64,000 nt of DNA, taken from positions 292,688 through 356,687 of the forward strand of contig MGGJ01000001.1 in NCBI GenBank assembly GCA_001792345.1. Direction: 5' to 3'. The notes below the pieces were generated by a model. It was not told the DNA's origin. It made no database searches and worked only from the letters and a program-made list of their open reading frames with translations. A program made the translations under genes and the position numbers. Source of the DNA: Candidatus Woesebacteria bacterium RIFCSPHIGHO2_01_FULL_39_32. GTDB lineage: Bacteria > Patescibacteriota > Microgenomatia > UBA8517. This document shows, in pieces, positions 25,525-36,340 of this stretch. The stretch's first letter is position 1. Every line of letters starts with the position of its first letter.

Positions 25525-27261
25525 TTACTTTTTATAATTTCTTATCAGCATCAAAACTCCTATGAGAAATACCGATAAAAAACTCAAGAGTAAAGAGTAA
25601 TATCTGACCGGTGTATCTCTAAATAAAAGATTAATCGTGTGTAGTCCAGGTTCAACTGCAAATAAAATAATTCCGGGATAATATTCATCTTCGTAATTTA
25701 TTTCTTTAATAATTCCATCAATTTTCAGCTCCCAACCTGGAAAATAGTAAGTATTTTCTTTCAAATAGCTTTTTTCTTTGACATTAATAATATATGCATG
25801 TCTGATATTTGATCTATTTTCTGATAGGATTTGTGCTTCACCTTTTATGACTTTAAGATGTGTTTTCGGAATTTCTTTTTGCCACATAGCAGTAGCCGGT
25901 ACCCAAACTGGAGCTGCGGGTCCCAAACCTTCACCTCTGGCTGTCCATAACGGCAACTCTCCGGCAATTATTTTATCTTTAATTTCAGGTACATTTCCTC
26001 TGTTTCCCCAATTTAATATTGTTGATCCGATAGCTAAAGTTAATAAAAAATAATAAATTTTTTTATTTTTAATATTTTGTACAACAAAAGCAGCTAGTGA
26101 GGATGAAACAAAAATAATAATTGAAAGGATTCGAAAGGGAAATTGTATTTTTCGTAAATTTGTAAACACCCCCCATATTGGTTTACTTACACTTTGTGTT
26201 AAAAATAAATAAAAACAAAAAGAAATGAAGAGAAATAGAATGAATTTATTACGGTTTCTTTTTACGATAATTAAATACGCTGCTATTAAAATGATAATCC
26301 AATGTGCGTATCCGACTATTGGAGCTAACTCGCCCATTGGTCCTTGGAAAAGAAATCCTAATCGCCATGGAGAGTAAAGTAGATCGGATAATTTTGGAAA
26401 TATGATTTGACTTTGAATTTCGGTTAATTGGTGAGTGAATTTGCCTTCTAAAAGAACGGGAATCCAGTAGTAAGCGCTGAACAATAGACCTAGTATGAAG
26501 GGAAAGAAGGAATTTAATAAATTCTTCATTTTTTTCTTTTTAGTGATAAGTATCGAATAAAGAAAAAGGAAAGGTATGCCGAGAAGAGAAACCGCTTGAT
26601 GGGAAAGTATAAGAGCCGCAATGCATAATCCTGTTAAAAATTTCCAAATAAAAGCGTTTCTTTCTTTTACCCCGTTTATTAAAGACAAAGAAAGTGGTAA
26701 AAAGACAAATGCCAGCATTTCTCCGATATCTACTCTGAAGTGCATATCGACTAAGTGGTACGGCGCGAAGAGGTAAAATATCGCCCCAAAGAATGCAGCT
26801 TCTTTTGTAACGTGATTTTTTAGCCAAAGATACATTGCGATTCCTGAGGTGATGTAAGAAGTGATTAGAACAAGTTTTAGACTATTTAAAAAGTTAAGAC
26901 CAAGAAAGTGATAGAAAGATCCGAGATAATAGGGCAGGGGATAGGCGAAAATAAAATTAGGATATCCATAGGTTGCATTCAAATCTCCTGCCCAGCGTGG
27001 AATAAGTTGGCCGTCCGTTAATGCCTTATAAAATGACATCAGTTTAACTATATTTATTGTTAAGTCCCCGCTTTCATAAGATCCCTGTCGAAGGATACTA
27101 ATAATGGGGAGGGTAGAAAATCCAAGCAGGATTAAAATATTGCTTAGAGGTTTTTTACGATAAATCTTAAGTAATAATAGAAAGGTTAGGTAAACAAAGG
27201 TAGCAACTAGACTTACAAAAACCATTCTATAGGACTTGTGATTTAGGATTGATAAATACAT
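25525..27261 (-). CDS. 6-pyruvoyl-tetrahydropterin-synthase-related (GT-C/YfhO-like) membrane protein
   Basis: GQLIPRWAGDLNATYGYP.F.F.YPLPYY, YLFAPYH, IQFPFR, YFPGW. Confidence 0.8.
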   Translation of the reverse strand: MYLSILNHKSYRMVFVSLVATFVYLTFLLLLKIYRKKPLSNILILLGFSTLPIISILRQGSYESGDLTINIVKLMSFYKALTDGQLIPRWAGDLNATYGYPNFIFAYPLPYYLGSFYHFLGLNFLNSLKLVLITSYITSGIAMYLWLKNHVTKEAAFFGAIFYLFAPYHLVDMHFRVDIGEMLAFVFLPLSLSLINGVKERNAFIWKFLTGLCIAALILSHQAVSLLGIPFLFLYSILITKKKKMKNLLNSFFPFILGLLFSAYYWIPVLLEGKFTHQLTEIQSQIIFPKLSDLLYSPWRLGFLFQGPMGELAPIVGYAHWIIILIAAYLIIVKRNRNKFILFLFISFCFYLFLTQSVSKPIWGVFTNLRKIQFPFRILSIIIFVSSSLAAFVVQNIKNKKIYYFLLTLAIGSTILNWGNRGNVPEIKDKIIAGELPLWTARGEGLGPAAPVWVPATAMWQKEIPKTHLKVIKGEAQILSENRSNIRHAYIINVKEKSYLKENTYYFPGWELKIDGIIKEINYEDEYYPGIILFAVEPGLHTINLLFRDTPVRYYSLLLSFLSVFLIGVLMLIRNYKK

Positions 27262-27291
27262 TTTGAGATTAATCCGTAGTATAGTTATTTT

Positions 27292-28068
27292 GTGGAAATA
27301 CCAAAAGACCCTTTTAGGTTAGATGAACTAAGAAATGAGCTTGCATTTAGAAGGAAACTTAAAGAACTTAAAGCAACATATTCAAAACGATTTCCTGAGA
27401 TTCCGGACTGGAATACCCCGACTTTGTGGGATAAATTAAATCCTGAATACATTGTTACAAAAGAGTCAAATCCAATAGCTTACGATAGGTTTAGAACGTT
27501 TACTAAGCTTTTAAAAAAAATCAAAGGGAAAGTTGTTGATGTGGGAGCGGGATCGGGTGTTTTAGAAGGATTTATAGAAAAGGAGGGATTAAATTTAGAT
27601 TGGTACGGAGTAGATATTGCTCCCAAATCGATCCAACAATTAAAGAAAAAATATCCTTATTGGAATTTCAGTATCGGAGATGCTAAAAAACTACCTTTTA
27701 AAAATAATCTTTTTGATTGTGTTATCGTTTCAGAAGTATTAGAACATATTCCACCTAAATATACGTTTAAAGCACTTTCGGAGGTACAACGGGTATTAAA
27801 ACATAACGGAAAACTTATTATTTCCGTGCCGCTTAACGAAGGCCTTCCTGAAATGATTAAGAAGGGAATAAATCCGAATGCCCACACACGGGCTTATACG
27901 ATCTATTTACTTAAAGCGGAGTTGGAATTGGCCGGCTTTAAAGTTGACTGGCAAAAAGAACTATACGCCTTCAGTAATAACTACACTCTAAAAACTTTCA
28001 TTGTAAAATATGTTCTGCCCGGAATAAGGCAACCGAATAATGTTATATTGCTGGCAAGAAAAATATGA
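27292..28068 (+). CDS. Class I SAM methyltransferase (type 11)
   Basis: VDVGAGSG, LPFKNNLFD, SEVLEHI. Confidence 0.9.
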   Translation: MEIPKDPFRLDELRNELAFRRKLKELKATYSKRFPEIPDWNTPTLWDKLNPEYIVTKESNPIAYDRFRTFTKLLKKIKGKVVDVGAGSGVLEGFIEKEGLNLDWYGVDIAPKSIQQLKKKYPYWNFSIGDAKKLPFKNNLFDCVIVSEVLEHIPPKYTFKALSEVQRVLKHNGKLIISVPLNEGLPEMIKKGINPNAHTRAYTIYLLKAELELAGFKVDWQKELYAFSNNYTLKTFIVKYVLPGIRQPNNVILLARKI

Positions 28069-29066
28069 AAATTCTATTTTTTACACGTTTATATTGGCCG
28101 CATGTGGGGGGAGTAGAAAAACACTTAGAGCAACTAAGTTTAAGACTAAAAGGTAAGGGCAATGATGTAACAATAGTTACAACAAAACATTCTTCAGATT
28201 TAGACAGCGAGCAAATATACCGAAAGATAAAGATAATCCGCTTTAACCAACCGCAAATTAAGTATTTTGGGCTAATTTACACCTGGCTTTGGCTTTTAAG
28301 AAATCGTAGTTTAATTAAAGAAAGTGATGTTATTCATATTCACGACGTTTTTATCTGGTCTTTACCCTTTAAAGTATTATTTCCCAAAAAGAAAGTTTAC
28401 GTAACATTCCACGGCCAGTGGGGGAAATATCCGATTTCCCGGCAGGATATTTTGCAAAAAAGGCTTGGAGCAAAGCTAGCGAACGGGGTGATTTGTATCG
28501 GAGATTATATTCCCAAAAATTACGGCATTAAAGCCGATATTGTCTCTTTCGGCGCAACAGATATACCGAAAACGAAGTATAAAAAGGAAAATAAGTCTAT
28601 CGTTTATGTCGGTCGATTGGACCAAAGTATCTCTCTTAATACCTTTTTCGAGGTATTCAAGAATTTAAAGGGCTACCAAATTGAATTTTGCGGGGAAGGA
28701 GAGCTGTCCTACGAAGCAAATTTGTACGGCAGTGTAAAAGGCTTTGTAGATCCTGGGCCTTACTATAAAAAGGCAAAATATTGTTTTGCATCGGGGTACC
28801 TAACCGTTTTAGAGGCGCTTGCACACAAATGTCTTCTATTTGTTGCTTATAACAATCCGCTTCAGAAAGATTATTACGAGATGACTCCGTTCAGAAAATT
28901 TATTATTTGCTCGGCAAACTCAATGGAGTTGATGGAGAGGTTTAATTACTATCAAAAAAGACCAAAAGTCGCAGAAAAGTTAATCTTATCGGGTTTCGCG
29001 TGGGTAAAAACACAAACTTGGGAAAAGTTGGTAGAAGACTATCTGAAGTTATGGAAGGCTAATTAA
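28065..29066 (+). CDS. Glycosyltransferase family 4
   Basis: PHVGGVEKH, YVGRLD, LTVLEALA. Confidence 0.85.
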   Translation: MKILFFTRLYWPHVGGVEKHLEQLSLRLKGKGNDVTIVTTKHSSDLDSEQIYRKIKIIRFNQPQIKYFGLIYTWLWLLRNRSLIKESDVIHIHDVFIWSLPFKVLFPKKKVYVTFHGQWGKYPISRQDILQKRLGAKLANGVICIGDYIPKNYGIKADIVSFGATDIPKTKYKKENKSIVYVGRLDQSISLNTFFEVFKNLKGYQIEFCGEGELSYEANLYGSVKGFVDPGPYYKKAKYCFASGYLTVLEALAHKCLLFVAYNNPLQKDYYEMTPFRKFIICSANSMELMERFNYYQKRPKVAEKLILSGFAWVKTQTWEKLVEDYLKLWKAN

Positions 29067-30011
29067 ATGAAAGTATCTATCTGCATTACCGTTTTTAATG
29101 AAGAGAAAAGTATAAAAAAACTGCTGGAGAGTTTGTTAAATCAGAGCAAAAAGGCAGACGAAATCGTAATAGTTGACGGTGGATCAAAAGACAGGACAGC
29201 AGAGATAATACGCCATCTCCAGAAAAAAAATCAAAAGATAAAACTTCTTATTGAAAGATGTACAAGAGCTAGGGGAAGAAATTTGTCCGTTGATTTGGCA
29301 AAAAACGAAATAATAGCTATTACGGATGCTGATTGTACTGCAAGAAAAGATTGGCTTGAAAATGTCACGGAACCTTTTACAAATTCTAAAGTGGATGTGG
29401 TAGCAGGTTTTTACCACATGATTGCTGAGAATTCTTTCCAGAAAGCAGAGTCGGTTTTTTTGGGAGTTCTACCATCAAGGTTTGATATGAATTTTCTGCC
29501 TTCCACAAGATCTATGGCTTTTCGAAAAAAAATTTGGGAGGAGATTGGGGGATTTCCGGAGCGGGATAATAATTCTGCGGAGGATACAGATTTTAACTAT
29601 AGAGCAATAAAACTTGGAGCTAAATATGAGGCCGTAAAAGATGCGCAAGTAGAGTGGAGGATACCTAGTTCATATAGCGTATTTGTTAAAAAAATTTATT
29701 CTTATGCAAAATGGGATGCGGATTATGGTATATGGTGGCATCCGGCTAAAGGTCTTTCGTCGCACAATATAAAAGCGGTTTTAATATTTGTACGCTATCT
29801 GTTGGGTGGAATTTTATTGTTTTACGGTTTTTATAATCCTCTGATACTTTTGGTACCTTTAATACTTTTGACACTTTACATTTTCTGGTCTTTTCGCAAA
29901 GTCTATGTCGAGTATAGAGACTGGAAAGCTGGATTATGGGGAATAGTTTTGCAATTTACTTCCGACTTTTCTGTTATGTTCGGCTTTCTGAAGGGTTTGG
30001 CGCTCAACTGA
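29067..30011 (+). CDS. Glycosyltransferase family 2
   Basis: ITVFNEE, VDGGSKD, TDADC, AEDTDF. Confidence 0.9.
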   Translation: MKVSICITVFNEEKSIKKLLESLLNQSKKADEIVIVDGGSKDRTAEIIRHLQKKNQKIKLLIERCTRARGRNLSVDLAKNEIIAITDADCTARKDWLENVTEPFTNSKVDVVAGFYHMIAENSFQKAESVFLGVLPSRFDMNFLPSTRSMAFRKKIWEEIGGFPERDNNSAEDTDFNYRAIKLGAKYEAVKDAQVEWRIPSSYSVFVKKIYSYAKWDADYGIWWHPAKGLSSHNIKAVLIFVRYLLGGILLFYGFYNPLILLVPLILLTLYIFWSFRKVYVEYRDWKAGLWGIVLQFTSDFSVMFGFLKGLALN

Positions 30012-30099
30012 ACAAATCGAATCCGTTTTGGGGAGGCTAATAGGATTCGAACTATTCTAATTACTCCAATACCAATTTTGCTGGTAAAATCAATGTGTA

Positions 30100-31326
30100 G
30101 TGGGATATTTTAAAGATACAATAAAGGGTATTTCGTGGATGGGGGCTTTAAGAGGAACTACTCGTGCAATCGCTTTTATCAAAATAGGATTTTTGGCACG
30201 AATTTTGAGTCCTTTTGAGTTTGGTCTCTTTGGAATAGCTTCTTTAGTTTTGGCTTTTCTGGAAATATTAACAGAAACAGGAATTAATGCTTTTCTTGTT
30301 CAGGAAGAATCCGACATTAAAGAATATATTAACTCTGCATGGATTGTTTCTTTAGTTCGAGGTTTTTTAATCGCGTTCCTAATTTTAATTTTAGCAATAC
30401 CGGTATCAACTTTTTTCAACTCTCCCGAATCCATTAGATTGCTCTTTCTGATAAGCACAGTTCCTTTTCTACGAGGTTTTATAAATCCTGCAGTTGTCAA
30501 TTTTCAAAAGAAACTTCAATTTAATAAGGAATTCAATTTCCGTTTGACAATATTCACATTTGATGCAATTGTTACGATTTTTTTAGCAATTTTACTGAAA
30601 TCGGCGGAGAGTTTGGTTTGGGGCATGATTGCAGGATCACTACTAGAGATTATTTTATCTTGGTTATTGGTGCGACCATTACCGAGGTTTAATATTGAAT
30701 CTGTCAAAGTTAAAAAAGTATTTCAGAGGGGTAAATGGATTACTCTTGCAGGAATTTTTGATTATTTATTCCACAATATTGACGACGCCCTTGTAGGTAG
30801 GTTGATAAACACAACATCGCTCGGCCTTTATCAAATTGCTTACAAAATATCTACTTTACCAATAACGGAAGGTGGAGAGGTTGTGAGTAAGGTGGTATTC
30901 CCAGTTTATACAAGAATTTATGGAGACAGAGAAAGACTTAGAACTGCATATTTTAAAGTTTTGGGGTCAATTACTCTAGTGACAATACCTTTCGGATTAT
31001 TTCTTATTATTTTTGCAGAACCATTTGTATTATTATTTTTGGGTTCAAAATGGCTGGAAATAATACCTGCCCTAAAGGTTTTATCAGTATTTGGTGTAGT
31101 TAGAGCTATTTCAGGGTCAACTTCGGCACTCTTCCTGGCAATTAAAAAGCAGGAGTATATAACATTAGTTACCTTTGTGAGTATTGCAGGACTTTCCATG
31201 ACGGCCTTGCCTTTAATAAGCAGATTCGGCATGTTGGGGGCTGCGTATGCATCATTGATTGGTGCATTCGTGTCGATTCCTGTCATGTTTCACTTCGCGA
31301 GGAAGGTTCTTTATGAGAAGGGTTAA
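30100..31326 (+). CDS. Polysaccharide flippase (Wzx/PST family)
   Basis: LARILSP.EFG, ~12 TM helices, LGLYQIAY. Confidence 0.85.
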   Translation: MGYFKDTIKGISWMGALRGTTRAIAFIKIGFLARILSPFEFGLFGIASLVLAFLEILTETGINAFLVQEESDIKEYINSAWIVSLVRGFLIAFLILILAIPVSTFFNSPESIRLLFLISTVPFLRGFINPAVVNFQKKLQFNKEFNFRLTIFTFDAIVTIFLAILLKSAESLVWGMIAGSLLEIILSWLLVRPLPRFNIESVKVKKVFQRGKWITLAGIFDYLFHNIDDALVGRLINTTSLGLYQIAYKISTLPITEGGEVVSKVVFPVYTRIYGDRERLRTAYFKVLGSITLVTIPFGLFLIIFAEPFVLLFLGSKWLEIIPALKVLSVFGVVRAISGSTSALFLAIKKQEYITLVTFVSIAGLSMTALPLISRFGMLGAAYASLIGAFVSIPVMFHFARKVLYEKG

Positions 31327-32152
31327 CCCCAAGCATTATTCAGAAGAGTATTACCTGACTGACGCTTCTGGATATGATGAGTTCAAAATATCGTGGGGAA
31401 AAATTCTAGAACCTAGACTTAGCAGGATAGCTAAAGAAATACCATCTGTTTACGGAAGAAAAGTTTTGGATATCGGGTGCGGGAGAGGTGAATTAGCATT
31501 TTGGTCTGCAAGAAATGGGGCGAAGGAAGTCGTTGGAATTGATTATTCAAGAAATGCAATAAAATTAGCCAACGAAGCAAAAAAACATTATTCAAGAGCA
31601 GTACAAAAGAAAGTTACTTTTAAGATTGGCGATGCAAAAAATCTTAGATTTAAAAACAACGGGTTTGAGGTTGTTATTTTAACAGAAGTCTTAGAACACC
31701 TATACCCTGAAGAACAGTTGATAGTTTTCCAACAAATACGACGAATCTTAACGGATGGCGGATTTGTATTTATACATGCTGCTCCAAGTAAGTGGTTCAA
31801 TGATTTTACTTATCGCTTTTGGTGTTATCCCTTAAGTACAATCATCGTTGGGGTAAATAATTTAATGACCAATGGGGATTACGGAAACTTAGATAAACCC
31901 TTAAAAATAAGAACTCGTTATCACAAAATTATGCATGTAAATGAGCCAAACTATTTTTCATTGAAAAGAATTTTCAAAGAAAGTGGCTTTGAAGGTAAAA
32001 TACGATCAACTAATATCACAATAAACAAACCTGAAATAACGTGGAAAGATAAATTATTTAATTTCCTTGTCTTCCTTTATCCTTTAAGTAAAAATGTTCC
32101 GTTTAATATTCTCTGGGGTAATGACTATTTTGCTGTTCTTAGGAAAAAATGA
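31313..32152 (+). CDS. Class I SAM methyltransferase
   Basis: LDIGCGRGE, GIDYS, EVLEHL; ATG 31313 overlaps the flippase end. Confidence 0.88.
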   Translation: MRRVNPKHYSEEYYLTDASGYDEFKISWGKILEPRLSRIAKEIPSVYGRKVLDIGCGRGELAFWSARNGAKEVVGIDYSRNAIKLANEAKKHYSRAVQKKVTFKIGDAKNLRFKNNGFEVVILTEVLEHLYPEEQLIVFQQIRRILTDGGFVFIHAAPSKWFNDFTYRFWCYPLSTIIVGVNNLMTNGDYGNLDKPLKIRTRYHKIMHVNEPNYFSLKRIFKESGFEGKIRSTNITINKPEITWKDKLFNFLVFLYPLSKNVPFNILWGNDYFAVLRKK

Positions 32153-32976
32153 TAGACGAAAAGATAGTTTTATTGCAGGATGAAAAAAACATTAATAAAG
32201 TTGTAAAAGATTTTGTTGATGATTTTTGGTTTGTTCCACAAGATGTTTTGTTAAGATCCGTAGAAACACTTATTTGGGCAAAAAGATATTTTGAACCCCC
32301 AGTTTTAGATATCGGGATTGGGAATGGTTCGAATAGTAAGCATCTTTTTTCAATGAATCAGATTATTGATGTGGGAATTGATAACGACCCCAAAGGGGTT
32401 AAACTCGCCAAAAATTGTGGAATGTATAGAAAAGTTGAAGTTGTTGATGCAACGAAAATGACTCTTAAGTCTTCTTCGTTTAACACAGTAGTTAGTAATA
32501 GTACCTTTGAACATATAGCAAATGATTTAAGTGCGGTTGCCGAGGTGTCTAGGGTGCTGAAAGACAACGGTTTGTTTTATTTAACTGTTCCCTCGCCTGA
32601 GCATATAAAATTTCTTCAAGACTTAGGTGTCAATAAGTTTGAGTTAGATAAATATAACGAAAGAGTTGACCACTTTCATTTCAGAAGTAAAAATGAATGG
32701 GGAAAAATCTTTCTAGATAATGGTTTAAAAATTATCTTCCATGAAACATATTTTCCAAAGAAAGTTGTTAATATCTGGTATAAGTTACATAAAATCGCGA
32801 CATTCCGACCTTATAAAAGGGAGTTGTGGTCTTACTTAAAAGACTCACCTTACGGGAAGCTATTTCCAGTTGTTATTGTTAAACCATTGTTAACACAATT
32901 AATTAGTAAAAATGTAAAGATTTCTTACAAAAGTAAGGGTGCAATGCAGTTTTTTATTACCCAAAAAATCAAATGA
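32149..32976 (+). CDS. Class I SAM methyltransferase
   Basis: LDIGIGNG, VSNSTFEHI, RVLK..G. Confidence 0.85.
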   Translation: MIDEKIVLLQDEKNINKVVKDFVDDFWFVPQDVLLRSVETLIWAKRYFEPPVLDIGIGNGSNSKHLFSMNQIIDVGIDNDPKGVKLAKNCGMYRKVEVVDATKMTLKSSSFNTVVSNSTFEHIANDLSAVAEVSRVLKDNGLFYLTVPSPEHIKFLQDLGVNKFELDKYNERVDHFHFRSKNEWGKIFLDNGLKIIFHETYFPKKVVNIWYKLHKIATFRPYKRELWSYLKDSPYGKLFPVVIVKPLLTQLISKNVKISYKSKGAMQFFITQKIK

Positions 32977-34091
32977 AATTGGCAGTTTTTCACAACCTTC
33001 CGTTCGGCGGCGCTGACAGAACTTTATATGAACAACTTAAATATTTATCCGATAACCACGTAATTCATTTGTATTTATTAAGTTTTAAAAGCAAAGAAAA
33101 TAAATTAACAAAATTTGCAGACAAAGTTTACGTTTATAATTTTGAAGTAAACAGTCTCCTTCCATCGTTCTTAAACAGATTAGAGAAAGATGTTGATAAT
33201 TTTATTAATTTAAAATTTGTTCAAAAAAAAATAGCAGATGATATTAATAGAAGGTATTATGATGCAGTATTAGTTCACAGCGATATGTATACAGAGGCTC
33301 CTTTCCTCCTTCGTTATTTGAAAATTCCCAATGTATACCATTGTCACGAGTTACTGAGAATTGCTTATGAAAGAGTATTGAAATTTAATGACAATACTTC
33401 TTTTTATAAGCGAATCTACGAAAGTCTTACCAGGAAGATTCGCAAAGACATAGACAAAAGAAACGCAAAGGCTTCTGACTATATACTGACAAGTTCCTAC
33501 TATATTGCCGACAAAGTCAGAAGTACTTATGAAAAAGAACCGTTTACATGTCACCTCGGTGTGGATTCAAATGTATTTAGAAAAAAAAACTCAAAAAAAA
33601 TTCCGCAAATATTATTTATTGGAGGAAGAAATAAATTAAAAGGCTATTATTTAGCTAGGAAAGCATTCGATATAGTTGAACAAAAACATAAAGCGAATTT
33701 AAAAGTTTTGGGTTACGGTAAAGGGGACTTTACGATTAGCGATGATAATGAATTAGCGGAAGAATATTCTCGCTCGGTCGCGACTTTGTGTAGTGCATAT
33801 TCCGAACCATTCGGTTTAGTTGCTCTAGAATCTATGTCATGCGAAACACCCGTTCTTGCTGTGAATGAGGGCGGCTATAAGGAATCTGTGATTGATGGTA
33901 AAACCGGATTTCTGTTGAAACGTAATGCAAAAGAATTTGCTAATAAGATTATTTACTTAATAGAGCATCCGAAAATTGTTAAAAGTATGGGGAAGGCAGG
34001 TAGAAAACATGTAATTAATAACTTTAGCTGGGAAAAACACGGCGCATGCGTTGAAAAACATCTATTGAAAATAGCTGGTAAGGAAAAATGA
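32973..34091 (+). CDS. Glycosyltransferase family 4
   Basis: EPFGLVALESMSCETPV, GGYKESVIDGKTG. Confidence 0.9.
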   Translation: MKLAVFHNLPFGGADRTLYEQLKYLSDNHVIHLYLLSFKSKENKLTKFADKVYVYNFEVNSLLPSFLNRLEKDVDNFINLKFVQKKIADDINRRYYDAVLVHSDMYTEAPFLLRYLKIPNVYHCHELLRIAYERVLKFNDNTSFYKRIYESLTRKIRKDIDKRNAKASDYILTSSYYIADKVRSTYEKEPFTCHLGVDSNVFRKKNSKKIPQILFIGGRNKLKGYYLARKAFDIVEQKHKANLKVLGYGKGDFTISDDNELAEEYSRSVATLCSAYSEPFGLVALESMSCETPVLAVNEGGYKESVIDGKTGFLLKRNAKEFANKIIYLIEHPKIVKSMGKAGRKHVINNFSWEKHGACVEKHLLKIAGKEK

Positions 34092-36289
34092 CGAAATCAA
34101 AAGTTTCTTTTATTATCGTTTTCTATAAACATTTGCGTTTGATGAACAAGTGTTTAAGCTCAATTAGACGAAGTAAATCGAAAATTAAATACGAAGTTAT
34201 AGTAGTTGACAATAGCGAATCGGGTATATCTGAAAATAAATTAAAATACCCTAGAGGCATACGATATATAAAAAGCCCTAGAAATGTCGGGTATGGGGCA
34301 GGAAATAATTTAGGTGAAAGACAAGCAAAAGGAGAATATATTTTCATCCTAAACCCCGATACTGAATTAAGTCCCAAAGCATTAGATAATCTGGTTTCGT
34401 TTTTAGATAAACACAAAGATGTTGCCATTGTTGCACCTAATCTTATTCACGAAACCGGCAAAGTTTTTGAGGATATAGGCACGAGTGCTTTAACTCCTTT
34501 GAGAGCTATTTTCGGGCTATCTTTCATAAACAAAGTTTTTTCGAGAAATAGAATCTCCCGAGGATATTGGTTAAAAGATATTCCCAAAAATAAAATGCGT
34601 GAAGTCGATGTTGTTCCGGGTTCTGCTTTTCTGATTCGGAAAAGTATTTTTGAAAAAATTGGGGGGTTCGATGAAAATTTCTTTTTATACTTTGAGGAAA
34701 ACGATTTGTGTAAAAGAGTTAAAGATTTGGGATATAAAATTTATATGATTCCCGAGGCGGAAGTAATTCATTACTGGAAACCTGCTGAGGGCGGTGAGAA
34801 ACATAAAAAAATATTTGAAAAAAGCCGATTTTATCATTTTAAAAAACATTTTGGAATATTTAGTGCACTATTCGTAGAGGCCTTTTTAAGACTTAATAAA
34901 AGAAGTGCGATATTATTATCAGCTCTAGCAGTGGCTTCATTTTTACGCTTTTATAGATTATCGGAATTAATGGCTTTTATTGGAGATTTTGGATGGTACT
35001 ACCTTTCTGCGCGGGATTTTTTACTGACCGGTAATATTCCTTTGGTCGGGATCCCTTCTAGCGTGCCGATTTTAAGCCAGGGAGCGATATTTACTTGGCT
35101 TTTGGCGGGAACACTCAAATTATTTAACTTTAATCCTGTATCGGGAGCATACTTAACGTCCTTTCTAGGAGTAATATCTACCTTTTTAACATTTAAGCTC
35201 GTTTCTGAATGGTTTGGCAAGAGAGTTGGGCTTATTGCTTGCCTAATTACCGCAACTTCACCCTTTATGGTCGAAATTGATCGACTCCCTTTCGTCGTCG
35301 GACCGATTTACTTACTTACTCTTTTTGCTGCTTGGTCTTTTACACAAATAAACAAAAAAAATTCAAAACACTTCTTTTTTTTGGGCCTTTGGCTAGCGAT
35401 ACTTTATCAATTTGAGTTGGCGGGATTTATTTTATTACCAATAATTATTCTTGCCTTCTTGTGGAACAAGATTCAAATAAAAAGAAAACAAATCCTCCGC
35501 TTTATTTTAGGTGGACTAGTAGGATTACTTCCGTTTATTATTTACGACCTGCAAAAAGGTGTTTATTTACAAACCTTGGGTTTTTTGGGCTGGTTTGCTA
35601 CCAAAATCTTCGAGGGTTTTACCTCTATCTTTACAGGGGGAAGAAACGTTGTCCCATTTACTCCTTTTGTTTCTTTCTTGCAAAGATTTATATATCCAAA
35701 TTCAGATAATTTTGCTCTAGCGATAATATCTTTTGCAATACTTTTTTTCCTTAATAAATTTAAAAAACAAAAAAAGTCAGTATTTGCTAACAAATTTATT
35801 TTATTGTGGCTTTTCATAACCATATTAGGTTTTTTTATAAGAGGAGTTTTTTCCGAAGCTTATATGCCGCTCACTTATCTACCCATCATAGTGATAATGT
35901 CTTTACTTTTTAATTTTCTGATTGAAAAACTTAAACGAGCTGGTTTTATAATACTTACGATTATTATTGTCGGAAATATTTGGTTTTTATTAAATAATAA
36001 TTTTATTTCTGAGAAGCGTGATTATATTACTTTTAAACAAAGGTTGGAAACAGTTGATTTCATTATTGAAGACACTAAAAATGAGAACTTTGATCTTGTT
36101 TTTCGAGGGCCAGGATATATGTTCCACTCGGCAGATAACCATTATCAGTATTTACTTTGGTGGAAAGGGAACGAACCGGTCAAAAATTCCGAAAAGTCTT
36201 ACGCAATTTTCGAATATCCATATAGTTCACTCAAAAAGTTTGAGAAAGTGTTCGATAAAGGCTATGTTAAAGTTGGGGTACGAAAATGA
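34088..36289 (+). CDS. GT2 glycosyltransferase fused to an ArnT/PMT-like (GT-C) membrane domain
   Basis: N-half: VVDN, NVGYGAGNN, LNPD, GGFDENFFLYFEENDLC. C-half: LRFYRL...FIGD..WYY..ARD...PLVG followed by many TM helices. Confidence 0.8.
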   Translation: MTKSKVSFIIVFYKHLRLMNKCLSSIRRSKSKIKYEVIVVDNSESGISENKLKYPRGIRYIKSPRNVGYGAGNNLGERQAKGEYIFILNPDTELSPKALDNLVSFLDKHKDVAIVAPNLIHETGKVFEDIGTSALTPLRAIFGLSFINKVFSRNRISRGYWLKDIPKNKMREVDVVPGSAFLIRKSIFEKIGGFDENFFLYFEENDLCKRVKDLGYKIYMIPEAEVIHYWKPAEGGEKHKKIFEKSRFYHFKKHFGIFSALFVEAFLRLNKRSAILLSALAVASFLRFYRLSELMAFIGDFGWYYLSARDFLLTGNIPLVGIPSSVPILSQGAIFTWLLAGTLKLFNFNPVSGAYLTSFLGVISTFLTFKLVSEWFGKRVGLIACLITATSPFMVEIDRLPFVVGPIYLLTLFAAWSFTQINKKNSKHFFFLGLWLAILYQFELAGFILLPIIILAFLWNKIQIKRKQILRFILGGLVGLLPFIIYDLQKGVYLQTLGFLGWFATKIFEGFTSIFTGGRNVVPFTPFVSFLQRFIYPNSDNFALAIISFAILFFLNKFKKQKKSVFANKFILLWLFITILGFFIRGVFSEAYMPLTYLPIIVIMSLLFNFLIEKLKRAGFIILTIIIVGNIWFLLNNNFISEKRDYITFKQRLETVDFIIEDTKNENFDLVFRGPGYMFHSADNHYQYLLWWKGNEPVKNSEKSYAIFEYPYSSLKKFEKVFDKGYVKVGVRK

Positions 36290-36340
36290 TAAAAAAATTT
36301 CTTTTTAAATAAATTTTTGTAGCATACAAATTTTAAAACT